From NCBI GenBank assembly GCA_965649765.1, contig OZ287748.1, forward strand, positions 34,782,001-34,846,000: a DNA stretch of 64,000 nucleotides. Reading direction: 5' to 3'. Of this stretch, positions 40,045 through 53,450 are shown piece by piece. The position numbers were made by a program, and so were the translations under genes. The stretch comes from Bispira polyomma. Its lineage: Eukaryota. The notes under the pieces are model-generated. The model made no database searches and had not been told where the DNA came from. It saw only the letters and a list, made by a program, of their open reading frames with translations. Position 1 is the first letter of the stretch. Each line of letters starts with the position of its first letter.

Positions 40045-42845
40045 AAAACATGTATAATCTATATTATGATCAAACAATAAATACTTACTTTCCACCCGTG
40101 TAAGTTTCATGTGTAAACACATTTTAGGAGTTCACGCATTTAAGCTCTGGCTCTCTGTTGATGTGACATAGATATAAACAAGTGGTAGGAAGTAAACTCA
40201 ATTTTGGCCAAGTTTGTAACGTCAGTGCACCTCATTAGTAGATTTCACATTGAATTGCTTTTATCAGGTTCAGCCTGATATTGTTTTCATTCTGACAAGG
40301 GTGCGGTCATGTTGGAAAGCGCCGCCATGTTGGAAAAATTATATAACGCCATCATGGCTTGGTTGAAAGAGATTGGCCTGACCAAACTGAGGGATGTCAC
40401 ATTAATTTTTCCACACTGTGCACCTGTGTCTTTTTTAAAAGACAAATCTTGTTTCTCTTATATTCTCTTTTAGTGTTTTTTAGCCCCCAACAGGGTTTCT
40501 CGTCCTCCCAATCAGTGGAGTACTGAGATTTACCATATTCCTTTTAGTGATTTTCGGAAGTCCCATCAAAATATATGATAGGATAGCTGTACTATCGATT
40601 ACACACTAGAGAAGTCTTAAATGCCTACTTTGTTTCGCTCTGTGTCAAGGGAATACCACTTATAATGTGTATTGACACACTTGACGCCAACGACTTGTAG
40701 CTTATGGTTGAAACTAAAATTCACAACAAACTGCCTTTAAATATGTATTTCTATAGAACACTTTGTATCTGGTGTGATGCATTTTAACACGCTAATTTCA
40801 GAGTTCACCAAGTTTATATTTCAAAACACACCATAGTTACCCACAGACGCATGTTCTGTTTTGTACCACTCTGGTAACATAACTATAGAATAAATCAACA
40901 TGTAATGGTTTATAAATGTCAAGGCTTCTTGCTAGTAGAGGTACTTTATTGTAAGGGTTATAACTTGTGGCAATTGAGCCCCCGAGAAATTTTACTTCTT
41001 TTCTGTCAAAGCTGAAAAAAGCTAGATAATCAGGCTATTTGTATACTGAGAGTATTGGGTTTTTGTGGGTTACAAAAACTAATTTTATGGATTTGTAACA
41101 AATAATGTTGATTTTTGTTTTTTTCTGTTGTTTGTATCAGTATGACTGTTGTAAATTAGAGTAGGTGGTGCTAAAATACTGCTTAAGTGGAGGATATTAC
41201 GTCTCAGAAAAAGAATTTTAAACCATGGCGCGTGATGTATATTTAAAAAGCAGATGCTTAAAGAGATTTTTAGCTGCCCAGGCCTCTGATTATATTATTA
41301 CACAAGTAAACAACTGTGATTGAAATGGCCAGTTTATTAAGCTGACAAGATTAACACCAGTTGTATGTACATGTACAATTAAAAGATATTTCAAGTATAC
41401 ACAATATATATACATAAATACAAAAGCAAAGGAAGGGTTTCTTTGTGTAAAGCAAAAACTTGTATTTGTTGCTTTTTCAAATGGAAATGTAGCACTTAGT
41501 TATGGTTTTGTCTCTCGCCTTCAGACTAATAACCGTGTTCTCTTGACATTATTTCACCAAACTGCTCATTTTAATTAACGTTTGTAAAGTATATTTGGCA
41601 ACTGCCTGCTCTCAGGTTCTGTGAAAAAATTTGCCATTTGCCATATCATATGCACTGTACTACAGCAAATAATATTGCAGTCTGTGGCAGTAATATGTTT
41701 GCCGATGTCAAATTAAGTCAAACACTGAGCAGATGTTGGATAGATATATTCTAGAGATATTCCATGAACCAAACATCCACAGGTTAAGCCAAAATTATGA
41801 CTGTGACATTTTATTTGCATCATATGAATCAATCATAGTATTATTAACATGGAAATTCACTATACTAAAAAGTAGTTCTATTTGTCTAAACTATGCCACA
41901 TATTTGTTTGCTTTATAGTGAGCCTTAACCTAATAAAACGACTATGTTGGCAATGTATCTTCAGTAGTTCACCTCCTACAGGAATTCTACCTATTGTCCT
42001 ATAGGGTCTACCAATATCTCCAGTTATAAATTTGTTTACAATCGAGCTAATGATAATAACATCCACACGAGGATGCGTGTGTGTATGTGACTAATGTGCA
42101 ATCCAATGGTAAATGATGTTGTGTACTCACCCCCACCCTAAAATTAAGTCAGACTGACATAAACATACAAGTAACTAAATATTCAAAGCAAGAAAATAAT
42201 TACTTTTTTCAAAGATATTGCTTTAAAAAGTTAAGATTTTATCTTCTCTTTTTTTTTAATGTAACAGGATGTCACCTTCAAATTCAAACTTTTTTNNNNN
42301 NNNNNNNNNNNNNNNNNNNNNNNNNNNNNNNNNNNNNNNNNNNNNNNNNNNNNNNNNNNNNNNNNNNNNNNNNNNNNNNNNNNNNNNNNNNNNNNNNNNN
42401 NNNNNNNNNNNNNNNNNNNNNNNNNNNNNNNNNNNNNNGTGAGTACATCCATTAACACCCACATCGTTCGGGCAATTGCAGGCAACTCCAGAAATAGGAT
42501 TAGACACAGCCAAAGAATGCTCCTCATGCCTTGCAGGTACACAGTTTGCGACAAAAGCTAAGCACAGCATTTGCAGCCTTGGAAGAACACAGGGCAGAAC
42601 GTGGTAACCGTGTGTGTGATTATAAAAAGTAATAGTCTTGCTCAAGGCTCATTAATTGAACGATATTTACTTCTAACAATAATAAAATAATATACTAAGG
42701 GTTGTTGAGGGTATCAGGTGTATAATTTGTAGGTTACAAGATATTACAGGGCTTGATTGGGGACGTTATGTGTCCATAAGTCTATACAAACACATATCCT
42801 TTATAGGTTTATTTGTATGAGATTAGGGGTATGCCCACAATGCTA
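36781..42845. repeat. Old tandem segmental duplication, copy B (shorter, contains the gap)
   Basis: Colinear with 27380-36030, with many indels. Confidence 0.9.
42296..42438. other. Assembly gap (143 N)
   Basis: Run of n. Confidence 1.
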
Positions 42846-44132
42846 TCAGAGGACAAAGCAGAAACTGATTTTCCAAAGACAGTTGGTTACATTTTAATAT
42901 AATAATTGAAGCATTTATAGAGTTCCAAACTGATGAGAAGATCCTCTAAGGCGCTGATATCCAAAAAGGAAAGGTCCAGAAACAAGCAGAAGGTTGTTAC
43001 CAAAAAAAGCAGCTTTATTATTAAATCCCACTGTAGAAATTTTTTTAAGATCTGTTCTTTGTCTCACCACTTGAAGGGGAACAGTAGGGGGAAATATAAT
43101 TTGGTGTTTGGGGTGGTGTCCACAAAAAGGGCAGAGCCATGACCCCACATATTTCTTGGTTTTGTAAAACCTTCAGCTATATTGAGCTAGTGTCTCCCAC
43201 CTGAATCATGCAACTATTGTGACACGCCATTTCAACACCCCTATTCCGTGGTGCCATTTCGACACCCATCTGAAAATAAACTACAGCAATACTCAAGTTA
43301 TGTTTAAATGTATGTGGAAATGCTGTTTATAGTCTTTTATAAGTGTCTTAATAATAACACTCATTCCAACAAAAATTGATTTAAATTGTCCAATTTTTTT
43401 TTTTAGGATAGAATGGTCTATGTATTTTTCATCTACTTTTTAAAACGAAATTAGAATAAATTAGCAACATCAGCTAAACATTGAGTTTAAATGTACATCC
43501 CAAGAAATATGATTAAATAATGTATAACACTCATTGGTGTTAACCAATGTATATATCGTGTATATATTTTAAATATATTTTATTGTGTATATAGAACCAG
43601 TGTTAATATTGTCAGTTTAATAAACTAGCCATACATACACATCACTTTTTTAAATTTAAATATAATTTTACAAGATAAATACAAAAATAATCAAATGTAA
43701 ATATTATAAAGAAGATGGAAATAATAACGAAAATAAATTATAACATCAATTTTTCTAACTAGTGTCTTATTCTTATTTAGATATCCTTGCGATTCCTAAA
43801 AAAGTCATGCATTGCTTGTCATGTGTTTATTATGATCTAAATAAATATATTAGACCTAAAAACACATATGGTTAAGTTGAACCTAATTGGACCTACACAC
43901 ATAATTACTACACACACGAATACCTATGTAGGCTGAAGCTGATTTTCACGCCACACTCCCACACTACAACTGCTAGTACTAATCAATAGTTAAAGATCCA
44001 CTGGCCAAAGCTTCATTAGAGCTGCCAATCTCTGGTATTTTCTCCTCAGTCTGCAAGTGGCATGCAGCAAACAAACAACGGAAGGGGGAAGCCTGTTCTG
44101 TTTCTCTAGCTTATCAGTAGTAGTAGTAGTAC

Positions 44133-44157
<25 letters not shown>
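44133..44157. repeat. (TG)n microsatellite upstream of the GPCR
   Basis: Direct inspection; preceded by (AGT)n. Confidence 0.95.
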
Positions 44158-44163
<6 letters not shown>

Positions 44164-44681
44164 TGTTTGAAGTTAACAGCTCTTTTAAAGCACACCCAAG
44201 TTAATGACTAGCAGTGTATTAGAGATTAAAATCTGTGCTGTATTAAAAAGTGCCAAGGATACTGTTGAATTGATTTTGTCACAGAAATGTTTGTTTACTT
44301 TTAATGGCTCACAAGGACCTGATGCTTTTTATTCAAGGATTATCGAAAGTGTGTGGGCCTGTGTGGTGGATTGAAATAAAATAGACATAGAGTTTTTTTT
44401 GCCTGAAGTGTCATAAGTGGCATGAGTGGCAGCAAATATATTTATTGATGAAGTTTTGGACTGACATTGTTAATATACACATATACACTTCATGTATATT
44501 TAAACATATTTGTGTTTTTTTCACATATAACAGTGGATAACAGTTTACTCGCTCTATATATGAAAGTTTGTGTTATGTATTAAAAGTGAGTTGAAATATA
44601 TATTTTTTTAATTTCTACTTTTTCATATTCCTTTAAATCTCACAAATACTGGATATATAGTTTAAAGGATAAACTATCAAG

Positions 44682-46019
44682 ATGGCTTCATCTACACGAC
44701 AAATCAAGGCCAAGCCATCCCTCCACAAAATGGATGTTCAAGCACCTGGGGTAAACATCATTGAAGAGTTTCAAATGGAGGAATTCCCACCTTTTAACAT
44801 GTCAGAGGAGACATATTTCAACCAGAGCAGTAGTGATATATTTGCATTCCCAAATGAAGAACCGACTCACTTTGGTGTGTTTGTGGAGATCTTGTCTCAG
44901 TATGGGATACCACTGATCATTGCTATAGGTTGCATTGGCAACACCCTAAGTTTCTCTGTATTTGTCGGCTCGCATCTGAAGTTCCAATCGTCCAGCGTTT
45001 ATCTGGCATTCCTCAACGTGGTGGACACCTTATTTCTTTTGATCCTCTTTATAGGCTGGCTGTATAAAGTAAACATAAACCTAGTAAACCGGCAGGTGCT
45101 GTGTCAAACAGTCATCTATATCAGTAATGTTGGGGGATTTTTGTCCGTATACACTGTAGTCAGTTTTACCATTGAACGATGGATCGTCGTATTCCATCCA
45201 TTGAAGAAAAACTTCTGGTGCACGCGGCGTACTGCCTTCTTAACGGTATTGGTGCTGATGCTTTCAGCTATGGTAATGTATTCCTTCACTCTATGGTCCA
45301 CCGGGCTGGTTGACATTGCTGGAACACAGTTTTGCTTACCAAAGCCCCAGTTTTACAGAACTGTCCAAATATTAACCACAATAGACACTATAGTCACCTT
45401 ACTGTTGCCATCTGTGATTATCATTGTGCTCAATGTGAACATTGCCACAAAGATATGGCAGTTCATCCACAAGGAGAGTGAGAGAAATGAGCTGTTTATC
45501 ATGTACCCTTCATTGGACCAACATCTGTCCAAGAGTTCATTCTATTTTGATAAACACTGTACCAATGAATTGAGTGGCAGTATTGTCAAGAAGAATTCAC
45601 GAATGCCTAGTACCGTCAGCTATTACGCCACACGTATTCAAGAACAGACAGGAAGTAAGAGATCCCAACAAACATACGGCAAACGTCGGCTGCGAGCGCA
45701 TATTCGCACCACCCGGTCTTTGTTGATTGTTTCCACTGTCTTTGTGTGCCTCAATTTGCCCAGCCACGCATTTCGCATTTACGCAGTGGTCACTGAGTTA
45801 ATGGACCCTGGATATAGGTACCCTAAAACAGGATTACAATTCCAGCAGATATTTCAACTCGTGTATTACATCAACTTTTCTGCTAACTTCTTCTTGTACT
45901 CTGCGTGTTCAAAAACATTCCGACATGCATTTAAACGACTTTGTCAAAAAATCAAGAGAAAACTGGCATCAGGTGGAACCAAGATGTTATTGTACTGTAG
46001 GCTTTCAGATCTTGTGTAA
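44682..46019 (+). CDS. Single-exon class A (rhodopsin-like) GPCR, FMRFamide/sex-peptide/TRH-receptor-like peptide receptor group
   Basis: 445 aa with 7 hydrophobic segments; TM1 GxxGN, TM2 YLAFLNVVD, Cys before TM3, ERW (DRY variant), ECL2 Cys, TM6 FVCLNLP, TM7 NFSANFFLY, N-terminal NxS sequons. Ligand not assignable. Confidence 0.93.
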   Translation: MASSTRQIKAKPSLHKMDVQAPGVNIIEEFQMEEFPPFNMSEETYFNQSSSDIFAFPNEEPTHFGVFVEILSQYGIPLIIAIGCIGNTLSFSVFVGSHLKFQSSSVYLAFLNVVDTLFLLILFIGWLYKVNINLVNRQVLCQTVIYISNVGGFLSVYTVVSFTIERWIVVFHPLKKNFWCTRRTAFLTVLVLMLSAMVMYSFTLWSTGLVDIAGTQFCLPKPQFYRTVQILTTIDTIVTLLLPSVIIIVLNVNIATKIWQFIHKESERNELFIMYPSLDQHLSKSSFYFDKHCTNELSGSIVKKNSRMPSTVSYYATRIQEQTGSKRSQQTYGKRRLRAHIRTTRSLLIVSTVFVCLNLPSHAFRIYAVVTELMDPGYRYPKTGLQFQQIFQLVYYINFSANFFLYSACSKTFRHAFKRLCQKIKRKLASGGTKMLLYCRLSDLV

Positions 46020-46112
46020 TTGACATCACTTGCTATTTGTAACCAGTGGTTATATGTTCTTTTGCCTCTTGTTTGCCCAGGTATATTTTGTACATGTTTA
46101 CTACCATGGAAG

Positions 46113-46113
<1 letters not shown>

Positions 46114-46159
<46 letters not shown>
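46114..46159. repeat. (TA)n microsatellite 3' of the GPCR
   Basis: Direct inspection. Confidence 0.97.
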
Positions 46160-46162
<3 letters not shown>

Positions 46163-47032
46163 TTACTGTTCATAAGATTGTGATATAATGTCATCAGAAT
46201 AAATAAGTCCAACATGAAAGTGTGAAGATTTTTCTTCTGTACAATTAAAAGTGATTTATTGGCATTTAAATCAAGCTACAATGATGTGTGAATGTCATGA
46301 CCTTAATTGATATGCTCAGAAGGTTCTAAATTGATCATAGATAGATTGTGAGGACAGGTGTAGTGACATTCTAATTGATAAATATATTGCCCCCAGAGGT
46401 ACATTCATATACAAAGGTTTTGGTATTCTCAAATAAAATCACAATTTGTTAATATTTGACTAAATATTTTGCATAGGGTTAGGCAAATAGTAATGAAAGT
46501 TTGAGTTAAAATTTGTCAAAAATAACCCAACCTTTTATATTTTTTATATGAATCTAAATACCTTTCATCAAAATATTGTGCATTAAGTTGTGTCTTAAAT
46601 TGTGTTCAATGTATATTCTTATGTGATACAAGTGCCTATGTCATATGCAGCTGTGTCTGCCTACATCTGCAAGGTTGAATGCCAATTCACATGTTATTAG
46701 CGTGTACATTTGATTTAAAAGGATTTGTGAATATACTATTGAAATCAGTTTTAAAAACTACAAAGGACTCTGTGCAGTGAAAGGCAATGACACCTCCATC
46801 ATGTTTGTAAAGTCCTGTACACGCCTGTTAGCAGTGGGTATTTCATATTTCATAATATTTTGACTTGTATTACTACTGTGTTAAATGACAGTCCCACGAG
46901 GTGGTAAAATAAATGGTGTTAAATAATATATATATTATACAGACTGGCCGACTGACTTTAATTACATATTTATAAACATATGTCATCCTAATGATTTTAA
47001 TAATTTATATATATTTTTGCTCCATATACATC

Positions 47033-47294
47033 GGGGCCATGGTGGCCTAGTGGCTAGCAAGCTTTGCGCTTCACAGTGACTGGTCTCTCACCTTTAGGAT
47101 CGGCTGGCGTGGGTTCGACTCCTGTTGATACCTATGTGGGAAAGGTGGTAGTTCCTCACTGTGGGCCGCTGGTTTCAGTGCAGAACCTTGATCAACTGCA
47201 TGCAGTGTTTCCTCCAGCGTTTCCAGCTACCTGTCCTAATATAACCTAAACAGGTACTAGAGTGGATGTTAAATGTCCTAATTGAAAAAAAAAA
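47033..47294 (+). mobile_element. tRNA-derived SINE, same family as 1857-2119
   Basis: GGGGCCATGGTGGCCTAGTGG A box, GGTTCGACTCC B box, poly(A) 47285-47294, possible TSD atatacat at 47024-47031 and 47299-47306. Confidence 0.9.
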
Positions 47295-47404
47295 CTTTAT
47301 ATACATAAACATCATGTGATGCCAAGTCGTACCGATGACATTACAAGTTGTATTTGATAAGTCAGCTGAGAATGCAGTATTACTCTTATTAAAAAACAAC
47401 AACT

Positions 47405-47673
47405 AAGGGGATATTCCATTGATTTCTTAAACGAACACCTCTGTAAATTAATATTTTCCTCAATTGCAAGCTAAATCTGTCATGTTAAGTTTAGTGATAA
47501 TACACTCTACAGCATAAAATAAATCATTTGAGTACTTAGCAAAATGTCAAATGTGACGTCTATTGGCCATAAATAAAAACATGCTTTATTTTTGCTGTTG
47601 CCATGGTTCAGTGTAATAAAACATTCTGGCTGCTGAAGATCCACTTGACACAAAGTTCCAGTTCGTCCCCTTA
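47405..47673. mobile_element. Possible Kolobok-like MITE
   Basis: Ends taagggga...tcccctta in a ctaa/ttaa context; only a short inverted repeat. Confidence 0.35.
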
Positions 47674-49081
47674 AGTTTTCTGCCCATAGAAATCAACAAA
47701 TGTAACTAATTAGAAATTATACTTGGCTAAAACATCCTACATGAGCAATACCTGTATTGACCAGTCAGAATCATTGTGTTATTTTCTGCGTGACTATGTG
47801 TCAACTGCCCTACTGAAATATATTATGTGCTAGACATCAACCACACAAAAACATGTGGAGTTGGTGATGATAAAATAACTAACTATATATTACTGTCCCT
47901 GTGAAAAATAGTCTTAATTGCGTCAGTCTCTAACTAAGAAGAGTTATCTGACCAATTTTGTGAGTTTGATCTATGTACCATAATTATAAGTATGCTTTAT
48001 GCACATATGTTCAAATAACAAAGACATAAGCAAAAACTAACACAATGTAAACTACATGTAAGGTATCCTCAGACTGTGTACATTTATGGAGTGATATATC
48101 ACATTGATATATATATTTAGTTAGCTATCTATCTTTAGCTGATCATTGATCTTCAGCCTGGGTAGAATGTGTAAATATATCTGCAGCAGGAATGGGAGAC
48201 AACTGGAACTAGAACTATGATGCTAACATTGCAGTTGTAGCATAGTAGCAAACTAGGTCAACTGTTCATAAGTTTACAAGTCCTATGAGTCAATCCTAAC
48301 ATCTGTTACTTTAATGCACTATCCGGTTGACACTCTGTTAAATGCTAAAGTGTAATACGTTGTATAGATACCCCTTGGGAAATGGCTCACAGAATGTGCA
48401 TTCATTCGTGTTTATCGTTTTCCCCCCTTAAAATAAACCATATATGTAGCAGTTAACCAACACTGTGATATATTTGTGTCACATGCTCCATTAGCACTGT
48501 AATAACAATAGTGATGTGGCAAAAAAGGCAACCATCATAAATAGCATCAAAAGGTGACAAAATTTTTTTGGCATTGTACTAATATAACTTCTATTAATGT
48601 TAATCTTTTTATTTATTTCAGTATTGCCACAATCGATGACCAGGCATCTTCTGTAATCGCACATCCTAATGTATTTTCATCGCTTCTGTTCTCCAAATGT
48701 TCAATTTAGTGAACTCTTCAGAAGTTTGAATCTCACATTGTCGATACTAAATAGGTATATATGCTTGCACATTTTACAGTTAAAAAATATATATATTCGG
48801 ATAAAACAGGTCACACTGTCTTTATTATTGTTATGACGGCAAAGGAAACAACATATAGCACTTAGTGGTTAAGTGATATATTTGACAAAACACCAAAAAG
48901 TGGTATTTTGGGTTGAAAAATTCAGACTTTTATCAAAAACAGTGAATCCACTTTTATATGAATGTAAGTCATGTCGGGTACATTTTATATATGTCAAAGG
49001 TATAATATTGATTTGAATTGAACAATAAAATACCATTAAACAAACTCAACAATATTTTTGGAACATAGCAGCCTGAAATAG

Positions 49082-49322
49082 CCTGAAATATGGTTCATTA
49101 ATACCATGGTCCTGAAATATGGTTTATTAATACCATGGTCCTTAAATATGGTTCATTAATACCATGGTCCTAAAATATGGTTTATTAATACCATGGTCCT
49201 TAAATATGGTTCATTAATACCATGGTCCTTAAATATGGTTCATTGATACCATGGTCCTGAAATATGGTTTATTAATACCATGGTCCTTAAATATGGTTCA
49301 TTAATACCATGGTCCTGAAATA
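49082..49322. repeat. 29-bp minisatellite, ~8.3 copies (cctgaaatatggttcattaataccatggt)
   Basis: Head-to-tail units with no spacers. Confidence 0.97.
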
Positions 49323-49543
49323 AAAAACTGTTCTACTTTGACCTATTTTCTGCCAGTTAGCAAAGGCAAACAACCTCCACCAATATAAACAAAAAACTTA
49401 TAAAAAACAAGACCCCCATTACCCTGTCAGATAGCTGACGGGAGAAACTTAGCCAAGAGAGGTGATTGCTTGGTAGTGAGATGTGTTTTTATGACGTTGT
49501 ACTTTTTGTGTGTGAAATTGGGAAACTGACCTTTTTAGGGAGA

Positions 49544-49569
49544 AAGAGAGAGAGAGAGAGAGAGAGAGA
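49544..49569. repeat. (AG)n microsatellite
   Basis: Direct inspection. Confidence 0.95.
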
Positions 49570-50274
49570 AAGAGCTAGTCATAAAATGTATTGGGTGTCA
49601 TACTGGCAGTTTTCTCTCAAAGATGTGGCTTCTTTATTGTACCCAAAGTAGAACTGTTTAAATATATCACCCAATATACATACACTGAATTGCCAAGTAA
49701 TATGGGGTTGTTGTTATCAGCCATAGAATAGCATTCTTCTATTGTCTTCCCTCATAAACCAAGAAGAAAAATAAGAGTTTGAACAAAACTATTTGATGAC
49801 TCTTACTTAAAAAACGGATTTTGTTATTGTTTTTGTAGATGTTTTGTAGAACTCGTATGAACAATGGAACCTAAGCTTAGAGCTAATTATAAACTTATTT
49901 TCATCTGCGCTAGTTGTAAACAGTAGAAGAAATGGAATGGTTCAGTGTAGCAAATAATAAGAACAAGAAAAAACACTACTCTTTACAACCAGCTGTCTTA
50001 ATTTTTGTAACTAACTGCTGTAAACTGCTGTAACAGACTGTATAATTTGTGGGTTTTTTTTGTTTTTTTTTGTGTATGTTCAAGAATTGCTTTATAAATC
50101 CTTTACCTCTTGCGATGTTGTAGACATATGCACACACATATACAGTGTAAACAACAGCCGTGTAGAACTCCACCAAACATAGAATAACAGAGGCAATGTA
50201 CTACCAAATGTACTGCCTTACTACATAATTATGTATGTGAAACAATTGTAAATGCTGTATATTGTATATGTAAG

Positions 50275-50482
50275 GTCGACAGTGGCCTAATCGCAATCAC
50301 TGGTCACTCACCGATGTAGGTGTGAATCCTGTTTGTTCCATCATGTGGGAAAGTTTGTCCTGTATTTGCCATGGGCCAGTGGTTTACAATGCTTCAGCAT
50401 TGGTTTCTTCTGACATTAAATCTGGCCATCGTAATATGACCTAAGCCGTTGAAAGTGACGTAAAATTTAACCAAATTAAAAA
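50275..50482 (+). mobile_element. Older SINE related to the 1857/47033 family
   Basis: gtggccta..caatcactggtc.ctcacc..gtgaatcctgt..atgtgggaaag..taatatgacctaa..gttgaaagtgacgtaaa. Confidence 0.7.
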
Positions 50483-50770
50483 TGTCTATTGTATAAGAAG
50501 GGGATAAAGTAACAAATATAAGATGATTTTGAGACTTATACACATTGAAGTAGCAGCTCTACGCTATATTGGGGGTATTTTCATCTTATCAAATACTTAC
50601 ATATTGCTTTTTTAAAGGGTTTTAAAATAAATTTTATGATCTAGGGGTAACAATCACTTGAGGCACACACAAACGTAAACACAGATGATGTGTCACCTCT
50701 TAGTTGCAATGTTTTACTTCTGGGCGAGTCGTGCAGTCAGTGAAAACTAAAACCAATATATCATTATTTA

Positions 50771-51396
50771 AGCCCTTGTCACACTACAGTTTAGAGCTAA
50801 TAAAGACCATCTACGGTCTAATTATGACCAGGAACATTAAGGACTGTACAAGATCCAGACCCAGATATTACTGATTCTTAGTGGCAGTCACACAGGAATT
50901 TTACTTGTCGATTTATTGTAGACCAGTGTTAATGTCATTGTAAGACAAGTCTTCGGATATGTATAACCAGTTCAGATTGAGGATTGATCTTACTAATATC
51001 TTGTAGATGTCTTTCAAAAGTGTAAGATAACCAAATACAAGCTGCAGACCATCATAGATCCAAGTCCACTGTTTTAAAGCAGCAATTGTTTGGTGGTGAT
51101 AGTTGATGGCCGGCTACTGGTTATGACACTTCTCAAGAGTAGTTGCTGTCACTCGGCAACTACTCAGCAACTACTCGGGTGTATTTAAACAATTTAGGAC
51201 TACCTGCCAACATTTCAGTTGTTGACTGGATCACTTGTAAATATCAAATCCTGGCCATGATCAAAATGGCCGTACGACCTACATTCACCCAACATTAAAG
51301 GACTATTAAGGATTATCACAGACCCCTAGGATACTGTCATAATTTTTGGGTCACAGATGGTCTTTAGCAGCTTGTAATTGCAGTGTGACTGGGGCC
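50771..51396. mobile_element. PIF/Harbinger-like MITE
   Basis: Imperfect terminal inverted repeats of >40 bp (gcccttgtcacactacag...aaagaccatct / agatggtcttt...gcagtgtgactggggcc), flanked by TTA and TAA; no ORF. Confidence 0.7.
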
Positions 51397-53159
51397 TAAT
51401 TAGAGCACTTTTATTTAAGCATAATACCTGCTTAATGTAGTAACAAGCATTGTGTATGTGCTCATCTTGAATATTTGAATACTGAGTCAGATAGGGTATT
51501 TCCAATAGAAATGTAAGTGTTGGTTTATTGCCTGATATCACCCTTACTGAGATCAATTGAAAGCAAAGGTTGCACAACTTAGATCCTTAACAAATTCTTT
51601 GTGAAGATGTCTTGATGCAATGAAAACAGGTATTTCCCCATAACTGATTTGTTTACCATGTTTGATTTGCCTAGGATTAGCAAGGATTGAGATTGCTACT
51701 TATGTTATGAATGGCATCTCATTTAAATTAGTTTAGGCCAGGGACAATATATTATACAAAAAGTATACAGAATAATATTTAGGCAATGACGAAAAGTATT
51801 TGTATATGTTTGATATAAAAGAAGAATTCTAAGGCCCAAAACTCAACTAGCGTTTGCGCTTGTGTCTGCGCCAGCGATTTTACTTGCATTTGCAATTTTA
51901 GAAAACCAATTAATTCATTTTACCCATGTAGCTGTTTTTCATAACACAACTGACAGTATAAAATCGCAATATCATCCTCCATAATTGCAATGCAATGTGA
52001 GTTTTGACCTTATATATTATTTGTAATCCTTTATTTAGTCTTACAGCATCGCACATGGCAATGCTAGATGAGTTTTGCACATAAAACAGCAGCTTAACAC
52101 AATATTTCCCCAAACGCCCAATTCCAAATGATTTTGTGTTACAGGTTGATTACTCATTCAAGTACATATTAAGTAGTCATTTAGCTTCACATCAAAACCT
52201 GAAATTTACGATATTGTTGCACAGCAAACAATTATGTGAGCAACATATTTGATAAGAAACCAAATTCCAAATAGTATGTTAGTTCCAGGATAATGACTCA
52301 TTTAAGTACACATTTCGTACCAACTGCTCATAAAAGTAGGTATGTAAACTGCTAAAATGTTACAATATTGTAGCGCAAGAAAAGAGTAGTGGAACAGCTT
52401 ATTTGACCAAACTATCTAATTCTCAATAGTTTGCGAGTTACAGCTCTATAAACACACTTATTTATTCATTATCACTATCTGTATCATATACTGTGTGAAT
52501 TACGAAAAGTATGAATTGTGACTATTATTCAGCCCTAAATGACCTTGAAATTAAGCCTCAATGTCAAACTTAAATGTAAATGAGCTTCATTCCTCTACAC
52601 ACCACATACCAAAATGTGCATCAATTCAATCAATAGTTGTTTGATTGAGTGCAAGGACATAAAAAGGGGTTACAATGCCACACTTATATCAAACTTAAGT
52701 TATCCTCTAACCTAAGTCTCGGCATATAATGTGTTTATAGGAATGATGAAATATGACCCAGGTTCCTGCAATCTGTTCATTTCGCTAATAAGTGGACGTC
52801 TTGAAAATAATGAAAAGGAAACATACAAAATATTATAAATATTATGACAAAGTAAAAGGTTAAGTTGTTAATTTAAAAGCATACCATATTGGAATGAAAT
52901 GCCAACAGATGCAAACTTGGATCTTTTGCAATATATGACAGACGTCTCAGGAGAGTACCAAACATCATAAAGCAGCCTTCCTGTAGTTTCCTTGTCATGG
53001 GGAGATATTTGTGTGCAAAGCAATCATAATGCTACGCTGTGTCCTTTCAAGCTGCCTCCCCTACCGCATCCCCCTGCTGATAGTATAAGTGTCACAATAT
53101 TTTACCAGAAAACCAACTGTGACGGAAAATTATTGTGGACCTGAGCAAAACAACATGAT

Positions 53160-53450
53160 AGCTGTCTCTAGGATTTTAGTGGCTAGAGTGTTTGACTTTA
53201 GACCAGAGGGTCTCAGCATCCATCATTGCTGCATATTTAGAGCCTTTACCCTGGGGCAAAATGTTCAGCCAATCAAATTAACTGTGACAAAACTTTAAGA
53301 ATAATTTTATTTTAATGAATATCATCCCTGGTCACTATTGAGTGTGAGTGTTTGTGTCGTATGTATTGGCATGGTCAGTATGCTCTTTCAGGCAGTAAAC
53401 AATTGGTTCAACAATGTGGAAGAACCATGGTGGGTTTGTAAGACAGAAAA
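53160..53450 (+). mobile_element. Degenerate SINE related to 5241-5562
   Basis: tagtggctagagtgtttgactt head, and aacaattggttcaacaatgtggaagaacca matching the minus-strand tail of the 5241-5562 copy. Confidence 0.55.

Noticed and set aside
34276-42066. Paired minus-strand ORFs 34276-34476 and 41878-42066 as a conserved peptide
   Set aside because: Non-ATG starts, different ends and many non-synonymous changes; explained by the segmental duplication.
42439-42645. Coding exon beside the gap
   Set aside because: GC-richer, but no frame gives a recognisable domain and the gap hides context.
49082-49322. CRISPR array
   Set aside because: Units are head-to-tail with no unique spacers, no cas genes, eukaryotic context.
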